From Oopsacas minuta (Eukaryota > Animalia > Porifera), in contig JAKMXF010000326.1 in the NCBI GenBank assembly GCA_024704765.1, positions 62,001 to 126,000 of the forward strand: a stretch of DNA of 64,000 bases, given 5' to 3'. Position numbers and translations under genes: made by a program. This document shows, piece by piece, positions 40,930 to 52,850 of this stretch. Below the pieces are notes generated by a model. That model did not search any database. It was not told where the DNA came from and worked only from the letters and a program-made list of their open reading frames with translations. The stretch's first letter is position 1; every line of letters starts with the position of its first letter.

Positions 40930-42620
40930 ATTTATCCATGTTGACGTTATCATTTAGTCATCACCAACGAGAATTAGTTGAGCAAAATTTATTGATGATT
41001 ATGTCAAGGAAAGTAACTTAAACATTGTTTGTTGATCTAACATATATACATACATATTTTCATTCACTTAGAATGTTACCATCACTATTGTATTATTAGA
41101 TATATATAAATATGGCATAGATGCAAGCGTCAACTTATGGCAAAGAGATTAAATGTCTCTATATCAGGTCACAGAAAAGGGAAGCGATCAATTTTTCTAG
41201 AGGATTGACAAGAACGAATCAACATCAATGGATACTCTGGGACCTAAACGTAAGCAACTAACAAGTACAACATCAACAAAGGATATGGATATAAAAAAAA
41301 ACAGTATTTTATGATGACAAGATCAGAACAATTCAAAGAACTAAACCTTAGTAATCTTTAAACATAGATACTTTCAAAAGTGTCAGGGCCACGTAAGATC
41401 AATGAAAAGTGATCTTTAGGAGAAATTTTACGAAATGAATCATGATATAACAGGGATTATGAGTAACGTCGCTGCAAGTTCGTTAATGAAGTAAAAGGAA
41501 ATCTAACTGAGAAGTCTGACCAAATACTATAGTATGCAATAACATACTGAGGCTTATTGATACAACTAATGAAGTTCGGAACCTGGATTATACAAATACA
41601 AGCCTGAGAATAGGTATGAAGGGAGTGGCTGTTTCCTGAAGATATGCACAGATTTCGACCTTAATCAACCTTGATCTTCTACAACAACTTGGAACGAAAA
41701 ATATATCGATTCTAGTGTGAAAAGAGTGTGTATTTGGTATTGTACCTGAAGTTCAAGAAAATTACACAAATCTCAAAACTTTATGGATTAATAGCCACAT
41801 TCATCTAATGAGCAGACCTTACGCTATTGCTACATATGTAAAGCTGTGTAACAAATTACTTGGGTTGATGTCACATAGTTCCATGCATCCATGCAGTTGA
41901 TGTGGCATTGATAAGTATAACCTTGACAAAAGGTACATAAAGAATCATAGGTAATCTTCGTCAACCTTTAGAATAATTATGGAGTGGGGACTGTTAAAGG
42001 AATGCAAAGGATTCGGTAATGCAGTTCAACAATCAATAATTTCCTGTAACGATGAAGCACCCTTACTGGAGATAATTCCTCTCCATGAGCTCCATTTGAT
42101 CATTAGGCCAGTTAACTCTCTCTATGAGGCACTAAGCAAGGTATAGAGTGAATATGAAACATGGTTGTCGTTATCTAACATAAAGAAAATCGAGTATTAC
42201 TAGAGGATCATTTGAAGCAAAATAAAGCAGAAAGCTATAAAATGCACTTCAAGAAGCATGCCCAAGACTACAATAATTATAGTGCCACCTTTCTATCCTT
42301 CAAGGAAGTTATTACTGCATGTTACAGCATGCACCTTGATAAGAACTATAGGAGAAAATTGATGATTTTATTAGGAACTATATCAAACTGATATAAATGT
42401 TACAAGAAAGTTCATGCTGTTATCTACAATGTCAGCGAATTTTAAGAGTTGAAGGGGATGGAACTTGCTCCTTGGAGTGAACAGACATCGGAATCCTTAC
42501 AACACGATTCTAATCTAGTCTCAAAACTACCACGTGAAAGCCCTAAACAACGTGGAATATGGAAAAAGATTGCTTCAAGCTGCTCATATACAATAGCAAA
42601 CATTCACAGTTTGTGTTATA
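40930..42620 (+). pseudogene. Heavily decayed Chapaev/Transib/RAG-lineage transposase
   Basis: Manual translation across lesions: GM.GSGCFLKIC, DSSVKR, IVPEVQENYTNLKTLW, AT.VKLCNKLLGLMSHSSMHPCS*C, ELHLII.PVN, KVHAVIYNV, LAPWSEQTSESLQHD. Termini not found. Confidence 0.65.
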
Positions 42621-42750
42621 GGAAAAAACAATTAGAGTTATTATCTTTCCATGTGCAAATTTAGAGAAAGACTACATTATGTTTACGATAATTAATTTAG
42701 AAGCTACCCCACATTATAACACAGGCTATTACCCAAAAATAATTAATATA

Positions 42751-44102
42751 CAGGGTGGGTCACGGGAAATCGGTTGAAATAGAATGATCATGACTCGGCA
42801 CACGTATGTCCATTTCCGATTGCCAACATTTCATTTTGTAGCTAGAAGAATGCTATTTTGTGTTAAATTAACAATTAGATCAATAGGAAGTTATGACAAG
42901 GCTGAAACTGGAAGAAAGGACAAATGTCTTAAAATGGTACTACAAAAATCATGGTTCCAATGTTACAACGCAGAGAAGATTTAGAAAATTCTATAGCTCT
43001 AGAACTGCTCCTAAACCAGATACTATCAAAAATATTGTCAAGAGGTCTGAGGAGAATGGTACTATAATTGATACAACTAGATCAGGACCATGCCAGACAA
43101 TGAGGACCCCCATTAACATCGAAAAAGTGAAGCGGAAACTTGCGGATTCACCACATAGTTCATCAAGGAGGCTTTCAAGAGAACTTCAATTGTCAGGACA
43201 ACAGTCAGGAGGATTCGTGTAGATGATCTCAATCTCTTCTCATATAAGTTACAGATCCTACAGAAGCAATCTACAGTCCCAAAAATGAAGAGATTGACTT
43301 TTGCAAAGCTTATTGCAGGGAAGGTTGAGGAGAAGGAAATTGACATCGATAGTATTGACTGGAGTGGCGAGGTGCATTTCACCTTCCTGGACATGTTAAT
43401 AACAGAACAAGAGGATTTGGGGTGAGAAAAAACAGATCCACTTGATAGTAAGCATTTAACACAAGAAAAGGTCACTGTCTGTTGTGCAGTTGGCTCCAAG
43501 AGGATTATTGGTCCGTATTTAATGAAAATAATGAAGGGTCAAGAGTGACCGTGAATGATGTCCGATATCTTGATGTGTTAAAGTCCTACTACATTCCAAC
43601 TCTCAAAAGACGTAAGGAACTTGGTAGTATAACATTTCAACAAGATGACGCACCCCCACATATAACTAAAGTTGTTCTTGACTTTCTTAGAGAGAAATTT
43701 GACAAACAGCTGATTTCACGAAACTGTGACTTCTTTTGGCCACCTTACAGCCCAGATCTAAACCCATGTGATTTTTATTTATGGGGATACCTGAAGAGCA
43801 AGGTTTACTCCAATCCTATCCCTGAGACTACTGAAGACCTCAAGAGAAACATTCGCTGGGAAATAAGACGGATCAAGGCAGAAACACTGAAAAAAGTCTC
43901 AGAAAATATCCTCACGAGATTGCAGAAAGTGATATCTTTACATGGGAGCTAGATCGAGCATTGTATTAATGGATAGATACTCTACAAGATGAAAATTAAA
44001 ATATCACTTTATAAACCTTATTATACTTACAGAATTGACTTATATTTTTTGTTTAGAAATTATACAAAATTTGTTTCAACCGGTTTCCCGCGGCCCACTC
44101 TG
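42751..44102 (+). mobile_element. DD41D (rosa-type) Tc1/mariner element, full length, frameshifted
   Basis: TIRs cagggtgggtcacgggaaatcggttgaaa / tttcaaccggtttcccgcggcccactctg with TA flanks. 41 residues counted between QQD and PDLNPCD in ORF 43482-43952. Confidence 0.93.
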
Positions 44103-46278
44103 TATATTGTGGTACATCAGGACGAAAATTCTATAAATTGAATGTAATTTGGCGTACTTGTAAATATAAATATGAATTTCCTAATGTTTGACATGTTAAT
44201 TCCATCTATTAAATTCAAACCGAATATGGAGTAATGAAGACGTAATCACGGAGGAATCTCTATACTGATGCACCTCCAAATCTAAATTGCTGAAATAGAT
44301 GAAATATTCAATCTAAATGAAGAAAATATCTTAAAAACAGATAACCTTTGAAAATATAAAAAAATGGCATCAATAATTACGTTAAGAATGATCAATTAAG
44401 GACGTCATCAGTATGAGGAATCATGTTATTGAGTGATCAAATTTTGATGGCAATGGAACACTTGTATTTCAGTGGCATGAAAAATTCAGTCCAACCACGT
44501 GTGTAAAGGGATCAGATGATCAAATCTTTGATTGAGAATAAATGAAGAACTATCATATATTATAGCAGGATTTTTCCAGAAAAATTAAAGACTTATGCAT
44601 TTTGGGCCTCTGCCTGTGTTTATCTAGTAATCCAAAATCTATTAAGTAAGTATGTAAGTTGTTCCCAAATTGGACGGTAACACTACTTAGTTCGGAAACT
44701 GCTTTGAACAATCGTAAAGAGCGCTAGGACTACACTTGACACGCATGAAACCAACTGACAAGCAGCTCAGCCGGCGGAATCTTGCACCAGAACGCGGTTG
44801 GTACATCTTTAAGCGACACTCACGAGACCGCCTGACATTAAGCCCTCAGGACACAAAGCACCCCCGACCAGAGCTACAAATGGGTCACATGAAGTGACCC
44901 ATGACACAAGTGACCCATCAAACGATTGAGTTATGGCCAACTGCAAGAGTGCATAAACAAGAGGTCAACAAGGACACTTTTCGATGCTGCTACCACTACT
45001 CTATGGTAAGTGAGACTTCAAACGGAGCACTTTCGTATAACGGCTCTGGTTGAAAGGGACCATTACCATCCCACCGGGCCTGAAAGTAAGGGTGACCAAG
45101 AAAGAGGATTTATCCTGGACAGTACTGGATTGTCGCCAAAATTCGTAAATTGTGTAGGCTTTTGAAATACACTAAAATTGCTCAGGAGTCACAAAATTAT
45201 TATTGGAAGAGAAAGATATTGAGATTATGTAACCATGGATCAACTCCCAAGTAAGATGATGTTCTATTTACCCAAATCCTATATCTCATCCTCTTAGAAA
45301 CTGCATACAGGTATATATATAATACAGCAACCTTCGGAATAAACGAAATCGGCTGTATTCACAAATAGCGAATAATGAGAGTAGTCTTTGTGAAATCCGC
45401 TGGAGCATTTTCACAACAGATCTAGTACGACGGCCAGTCGAAAGGTTTTGTCGTTCATTTACTTACATAACAGGCATTACATATTAGACAGTCACATTTT
45501 TGAAATACTCACCTTGAACCTCTATACAAGTTTTCATCGGTGGAAACCAGGTACCAACGCATATTTTCCATGGGTATCACCTCAATTGCTATGAAAAGTG
45601 CCCCGGTCAAATCTTCATTACTGAAAAATCTCCTCCCACCAAGTTGATCTTTCAGCATTGGGAATACCCCGCATCGCAAATGGCTAGGTCTGGACTGTAG
45701 GGTGGGTGGGGAAGCGTTCCGATATTAAAATTCTCTAAAACCTCACGAGTTCTTAGTGCTGTATGTGATGAAGCATTATCGTGGTGAAGCAGGATTCCTC
45801 GGACATCTGACTTCTCACGTTGTTTTTCGATTGCACGGAATAATTTCGGAAGACATGTTGTCCTATACCAATCAGCGGTAATTGTCTTCCTATCCTCACG
45901 TACAATTCCTTCAACAAATCCATTATTTCTAAAGAAAATCGCCCACATCTACTATCCAACTGATCTAATTACACGGACCTTTGTTGGAGGTAAACCACCT
46001 TCTTCGACCCAGTCCTTAGATTGGCCTTCGTTTCTGGGTCATAGTGGCATAGCCATGTCTCATCGCCAGTGAGTATTTCAGAAACAGCTCTAGAAGTTCC
46101 ATTAGCAAATCGTTTAAGCATAATTTTGCAACAACCCACTCGGCACTTTTTCTGATCGGACGACAAAGAATGCGGGATTCAACGTGCACATAACTTTTCA
46201 AGACCGAGCTTTTTTTGTAGTTGACGTTTATAATCCCCGATGACAATTTGGTTTCACGTTCCAACTGGGCGTAAGTAA

Positions 46279-49200
46279 CACAGTGTGCCAAAATTGCCAT
46301 AATGGCGTATTAGGGTAACCATTACAACTAGGCATGTTTTATGTGGTCTATATAGTAAATCGACACCATAAATTTCAAAAATTCAATTTAAATTTTCCGT
46401 AGTATTACCACTATTGGGAATATGACGTCATTTCGGTGATTTCATTATTTTTAACATTCATGGTTCAATAATATTATTTGTGATTTCTATTATTGAATTA
46501 ATGGTATAAAGTCAAGCTTCCTATTAGAAAGATTATAGCATATCTATAATAAGCTATTATATAATAATGAACCAGGGGTGTAGTTTTTCCCTTTACTACA
46601 TATTGAGGGGATTATACCTTGTGGAAAAACTGTTACTAAATATATAAACTCAATCTCTAATATTCTTTAATTAATTATCATTCTCCAACACTATGCTATT
46701 ATATAAGATATCTTGGGTGCTATTTAGGTCATTTGCACTAGAATTCCTCGTTTTGGTGGATGTAAAACGATTCTGCACTAATAGGGGATCACTACAACAC
46801 AGAAGGCGAACTAGAATATCTCGTACATTGTCAGAGAATGATGTTTTTCTGGCAAGATTTTCCCGATACCACCTCACGAACTTATTACAAGCTCTAAACA
46901 TTCCTCTGATAGATTCTGTAATCCCCTGCCATTATTGTATTCTCCAATAATCTTGAAAGAATGGGAAAGTAGCTTGTGTAAAGAGGGGGTGATGTTCGCC
47001 CATGGAAACTGAACTAAGATGTATTCATACGTTTCGTTACACAATTCTTCCATTTTGCTACAATTAATTAAGTTACCGCTGTTCACAAGTCGTAACACCA
47101 CAGATAGATTAGTCTGGATCTTCTCTAATAAGAGTTTATCAGATAGATTAATCGAGGAAGTCGCCCATTTTAAAAAGTCTCGCTTATCCAAAAAGCAATC
47201 ACGTGCGATGTTCCTAGTAGTTGATGTACCGCCCTGACTTGAAGGAATATCCACACTGAAACTACACTTCTCTAGAAGAATTGCTCGAATCCGCCTCATA
47301 GATGCATTTACTTTGTCATTAGATGGTGACCATACCTTGTGATCCGCATCAAGATGGTATATTAATAACATATACCACCGGAATACACATAGGTAGGCAT
47401 GCAAAGGGGAGGCAGCAATTATATTGATGTCAGATGTGGGTTTGTGAGTTATACCCAAGCGTTGTTTGGATGGGAGTTTGAGGAAGTGATCCTCATTAAC
47501 ATCATCAAAGAGTTGCCAAGCATCGCTAATTAACCTGTTTATGGGGAATCCAGAACGAACCCAGTCAATGCTTTTGATTTCTTCGTCAGATGCAGTACAT
47601 AGATGACAAGAAGCTCCTCCAGCACCATCTAACAGTCCAGCCATTTTGGTGTCAAGGAGAGAACGGACAAAATCAACTTGTACATGTCCTCCTGTTAGGA
47701 ATAATCCTTTCACCAATATTCGGTCGGTTTGGGGATTGACAATTTTATCCATGATAAAATGAACATTATTATAATCCTCTTTCAATGCTATCAACGCAAC
47801 CGGTCTGAAACAAAAGGGGGAATTAGGAGAATGGTTGTAGAAGACATTGTTTCCAAGTGTATCTGCTATTGATAATATTTTGAATCCAAATAAGATGAAA
47901 CATTTAGTACTAAAGACAGGGTTATTATTTTGTTGGTTATAGGTGCGATGAGACCCGGAACCATCTAATCCATCTGATATCTTAACTGTGAGTGGATATT
48001 GTGAAATAGAAATTGGCACTAAGGTTGAAATCAAGCGTTCGACTGTAAGCTTTAGTTTCGAATGATAGGAGATACAAGTTCCAATTGAGAAACCTTCTGG
48101 ATCATGGACTATCTCAATCTCATCAATCAAAGTTATTCCTCTATGATATCTGGAGACAAGCTCATAGGATGGTAATTTGACTTGACATTTGAGGACTTTT
48201 TTAAATTTTTATATTTGCTCGCTCCAATCTCTAAACAGTACAACAGAAAGGCAGATTTATCGATTGGCGCTTTGTGCAAGATTCCACTAAAAGAACCCTT
48301 GTTGATAATCTCCTTACACACTTGTGAAGAATCTCGATCGTAAGAATTGTTAGATATTAATTCTAAAGCCAGAGCAGCTAGTTGTTTAGGCTCGACATTT
48401 TCTCTTTCAGCTAAGAAATGAATATGGTCTAAAAGAATGCTCAGTCTAGATCTGGAAGTTTGAAGATTGCAATCAAGTAAATGCTTTCTAGAATCATGGA
48501 CAATTTCTTCAGAGAAATTTCAACTTTCAGAAATAGAAACTTTACGAAAAGGTTCTAATCCAGGATTGAGTGAAATTCTCTTCTTTCTCGGAATGGAAGT
48601 TGATAGAGGTGCAGTATATGATGGAAGGTCAAATTCTCCCAGGTCTCAAGATCACTCTTCTTCCGATAATACTCTCTGGATGATATAAGGGACTTGAATT
48701 TATATAGAATAGTATCATGTTCTTCCTGTGAAATATTATTATCATCAATAAGATACTGCGTAGTGGCTTTAGGGCTTTTGCCCATTGAAATATAGCTAAG
48801 ATATGCTTCTTTGTTGGTCACAACAGATGCCATTACTTCACTAGGAGCTATTATTAGACAGAAAAAGATCAAAATTATTTTCGTGCATCATCTAAATTTG
48901 CATGAGGGCAAGAATATATAGAATTTACTTGAATTTCAAAAAAATCCTAAAAATACATTTTCCGATTTTTTGTCTGGTCCAAGCATTGATGTACTCAAAA
49001 ATATATTTGTGCACCCCGGTGCACGTCTGAAAATTGGTGTATAATTTCAAAAAAGTAAGCACTATAAGCGATTAACAATAAATTATCGTCTTCTTTTGTC
49101 ACCTGATAGATGCAGCACTCCAAACACTATACTAAAACTAAATATTTCACTCCAGGCCTTTAAAACTAGACAGCCATCAAAATTTTTTGGAAACAATGAT

Positions 49201-49504
49201 ACTTGTAATAATTGCATAAACTGATCTAATATAAGAAATATGTCAAATTGATGATTAACTACGAACGTTATACAGTATATATTTGGAAGAAAATCGTTGC
49301 TAAGGTAGTTAGGTATTTACTCTTGCGGTTAGCTATTCAAAATAATCTACAATATGCTTACTTTAGCTCGCTGTAATCGAAATTCCTATGGGTCATACAT
49401 ACAGTCGTCAATATTTTCCTACTAATTCGACGATGGAGATTCATAAAAACGTAGTTAAATTCGTAATTGAAATTTTGCCTAATACGCCATATCGGCACAC
49501 TGTG
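46279..49504 (-). mobile_element. Transib/RAG1-like transposon with RSS-type heptamer termini
   Basis: Both ends begin CACAGTGTGCC (46279-46289; reverse complement 49494-49504). 5-bp TSD agtaa (46274-78) / agcaa (49505-09). Shared ATGGCGTATTAGG block inside each end. Confidence 0.93.
46671..48833 (-). pseudogene. RAG1-core-like / Transib transposase (~720 aa reconstructed)
   Basis: KISDGLDGSG (D600-like), PNSPFCFRPV, SLLDTKM (D708-like), CHLC, SLHKLLSH, LSEECLE-ACNK (E962-like; 1-nt deletion near 46891), RENLARKTS..LVRLLCCSDP. Lesions: frameshifts near 48620, 48200-48130 and 46890; TGA at 48520-22. Confidence 0.9.
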
Positions 49505-50956
49505 AGCAACATGAGGGTCTTTTGTTAATTCGTCCAACACTAGCTCTACATTTTCGAACGTTTGTTTAATGCTGGGCCTACCAGGATAGGGACCATCTTC
49601 AAGAATAAAATTTTCATTAATAAACTCTGAGTACCATCGCGCAAATATTTTCAAACTAGGAGCTATATTTGGAAAATGCTTCTGCATGGTTTCGTGTATT
49701 TACAAAGGGCTCTCTTAAGTTTGAGTTAAATTAAAATAATAGCGCCAAAATCGCGTGTTGTGAGGTCAGATTCTGGTCGAGGAACCATGCAAGCCATAGC
49801 TTTTTAGAAATTAAGCAATTCGAAAAGTACAAAAGATGAACAAATGAAATTTGTTGTGTATGTAATAATATGGGTCTAAATAGATATAAAACAAACTGAT
49901 TAGAAAAAATATGTGATTTGATAACAAACGATAAATCTTTTGAGTGCCCTCCGTATATATAGCTGATCTGTAATATAGTACAGTGTCATAAATACAAAAA
50001 ACTCATACCCTCATTCGAGAAGGTGAGTTTTCGTTAAAATACAGTATAGCTGAATGACACAAGTGATTGGTTTGTAATAACCATTTTTCGGGTAAAACTA
50101 CCTGTTAGATAACGCCACATCGAATAGATGAAAACTTCTTCATGTCTGCTGCACCAAATACCATAGGATATCATGATCTTAGTCATTCAATACTATGTAC
50201 TTTAGAAATGTGTGCCGCCTTCATGCCAGCAAAGCCGAGCGAAATTAGTCAAATTTGTGAATAATCGGGTTAAGTCGATCAAATTACTAATTTGAATTCA
50301 ATAACATAGTAAATAAAGAACTTGTAACTGCCAAAACGAGTGTAGTTAACCGATCACCGCTGAGATTTACATTCGTAATGAAATGAACCAATTTACCCAT
50401 TCATTATCACAAATTTCCAGACCAAAAACAAGAGGATAGCACCTTTTACGTCAGAAAATCACAGAATTTACCAGGAAGTGTTTGGTAGTAGAAAATGCTG
50501 ATACAAAGTCTCTTCTATGTTCTCCCCAAGAAATTTAAAATGAAATCGGCCCTACCGAATTACCCGAAACCCACAATTTGGGAGTTTTTCCAGAAATTTC
50601 CAATATAATATTTTCATTGTGTTAGGTTTGTATTGGAAATTTATTGTTGTATTTGTCACCAGGGTATTGTTAAGAGGTTTGCACCACCAGCAATATACCG
50701 GAACCGATTTCTGCACAGCCGGTGCGAGGATTTAATGAAAGTATTGTTGTTGATAGGCATAATTATCAGACTCTACTGTTATATCCTTCGATATCTATTC
50801 AAGTTATGTAAATGAGTGTCTATATTTCAGCCTCTAGTATAATATTATCGTTTATTTTAAGGAAAAAAAAGGGCCGTTGGCTCGCGCTTCACGATGAACT
50901 CGGCCAATTGAACGTCGAGGTATCCATTATTTCCAAAGTGACGGTCCCCTTTGAGT

Positions 50957-51270
50957 ATTAGAATATATATATTCGTAAAACAATGGAATTCACAAATATA
51001 CGTATATGGCATAAATTTTATTGAAAAATTTTGTATAATTTGTTTGCTATATATTCTAAATATAACAATAATTTACAAATGACATATCCCAAAGTGTGAA
51101 AATCGGATTCAGCATGTTCGACATAATTCATGAGGTTGTATAGAACTCTTTTACTTCGTTGATAAACACGATGAATTCGTAGTTATGCAACAATTTCAAA
51201 ATTGAATATAGTAAACAACAGACAAACAGACAAACAGACAAACAACAATTGAGATTAAATAATATAGACT
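50957..51270 (+). repeat. Non-autonomous repeat with an ACAG-type microsatellite tail (Helentron/HINE-like?)
   Basis: Homologous to 22200-22500; ends acagacaaacagacaaacagacaaac...aatatagac. Confidence 0.45.
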
Positions 51271-51539
51271 TGATCTATTTTAGCATGTCTGTTAAACGCA
51301 CTGCTACTACCCCCACCTGTGGTGATAGCCAACAAAAACAATTTAGTATTCAGGATTTTACAGTTTTCTTCATTTGTCTGAGGTTTCAAGAATCGGACAT
51401 GATTGGTCTTCAAATGTAATTACTGAAGTACACACACACATAAAACCTTGTGGATCAGCAGAATCAATCATTCCATTACACCAGTCCTTTCCTAACACAG
51501 CCGCAATGATTGGTTGTAATAAAACGTTAGTGCAAAATT

Positions 51540-52850
51540 AAAGGGAGTTGCTCCTGCTACCATAGTTGTACACTGATATGCTCATCTAAAAGCTCTTGCC
51601 TGCACAGATACAGTTAGCTCTCTAAAGGAGATCAGAAATTTTGAAACAGCTCTCCATCGGCTGTGGAATTTTTCGCGGTTTCTCCACGTAAATCTTTAAA
51701 GCTGGCTAAGCTACAGAAAATTGTCAGAACTCAAAGTCTGAGGCTAGCCAAAGCATGTAAAATAGGTGGTTTTCTCATGACACTGCCACCACAGTTGCGA
51801 TATCTGAAAGTTCTACTGGATGGATGGCACTCACTATTTTGCAATCGAAAATAACGATGCCACCGTTTATGGCATCCTCTATATTACAAGCAGGGCTGGG
51901 GTTAGTTAACCAACTTTAGGGTGAGGTTAAAATTCAGTATGTCCTGGCGGTTAACGAAGTGAAAGATTGTATAAATTTTGTAAGCATTTATTATATAATT
52001 CATGGTAAATGAATATAATTATAAACTAATAGTTTTTCTGTTCATATTAGATGGATAAGAGAAACTAAAAGTTTTACGAAATCGCTGATTATCGACTAAG
52101 CAATACGACAACCCACAGGTAGCCCACGTTACACAAAATTCTTCAGTTTTAGTAAATCCTTCCTCATTACAAGAAACCCACCTATCTATCATTCTCTGTC
52201 GCTTAACGCAGAATCTTGTAAATTTTTTATCAGAAATATCATGTTTTTTTTCTTTTAGATAGAACATTAATGTACTAGTGCTTGTAGTTGCAGCAAAGGT
52301 GCTATTACAAATTTTCTCATCAGTATCGAGGGCCAAACATATTGTTTTTCCTTCTCAATCTTGATATTCCCTCTTCACGTATCTCTAAACCCAAGATGGG
52401 GTACAATTCATGAATTAATTATGATGGAATATAATATAATACCAATTATAATCTTAGTAGTTAAAACTAGTATGAATAGTATATAAGATTATAATACCTA
52501 TGTTAAAAGATTGAATACACATCAACAATTGAGATATACACTTCATCTTCCCGAGAAGGTATATCTTATAACCGAGTTCTACTGTAGTCAATTCAAAATG
52601 ATGCTACGTAGGAACATAAATACTACCTATTCAATATATCAGAAACTACGTCCAAGTTAGCTGACTACAAAATTTTTATAACTACTAACCGATTTTAACA
52701 ACGGTTAACCAGTTAGCCAGGCAACCGAAAACAGCCCTGTTACAAGTAATTAGAATTATATAATACGTTTGCATTTGCTAAAATCGGCAGTGAAAAGCCT
52801 CAAGAAGCTCTGCTATATATATTTCAAAGCAAGGACTTAAATTGTTCACA
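51540..52850 (+). mobile_element. hAT (ZNF862-like) transposase fragment, interrupted at 51891
   Basis: FETALHRLW/EFFAVSPRK..LAKLQ..LRLAKAC..RWFSHD..DATVYGIL, recalled as the ZNF862-type hAT middle region. Confidence 0.55.
51891..52739 (-). mobile_element. hAT deletion derivative with a BED-finger remnant, 7-bp TSD
   Basis: TIRs cagggctg / cagccctg; ttacaag duplicated at 51884-51890 and 52740-52746. ORF 52019-52336 region gives ICL..KICNSTFAATTSTSTLMFYLKEKKH (BED-like). Confidence 0.82.

Larger units (their letters stand above)
45428..49953 (-). mobile_element. mariner element (~1.3 kb net) interrupted by the Transib/RAG1-like transposon
   Basis: Degenerate TIRs TA-cgacggccagtcgaaagg and cttttgagtgccctccg-TA. 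The 5' half ends at ..TKDPHV and the 3' half starts TYAQLER. Motifs TGDETW, HHDNASSH, PHPPYSPDLA. Confidence 0.88.

Noticed and set aside
46315-46670. RAG2-like (kelch/PHD) partner gene inside the RAG1-like transposon
   Set aside because: Only ~390 bp lie 3' and ~670 bp 5' of the transposase within the TIRs, with no ORF or kelch motif. The element is single-gene.
46689-46695. CACTATG heptamer-like motif
   Set aside because: It lies inside the transposase C-terminal coding region and has no TSD or partner.
49008-49026. GTGCACCCCGGTGCAC near-palindrome as the transposon end
   Set aside because: The true end is at 49504 (heptamer, TSD and restored host frame). This is an internal palindrome of unknown role.
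49358-49687. 109-aa ORF as a stand-alone gene
   Set aside because: Chimeric: mariner N-terminus reading through the TSD into the Transib TIR (AHSVPIWRI).
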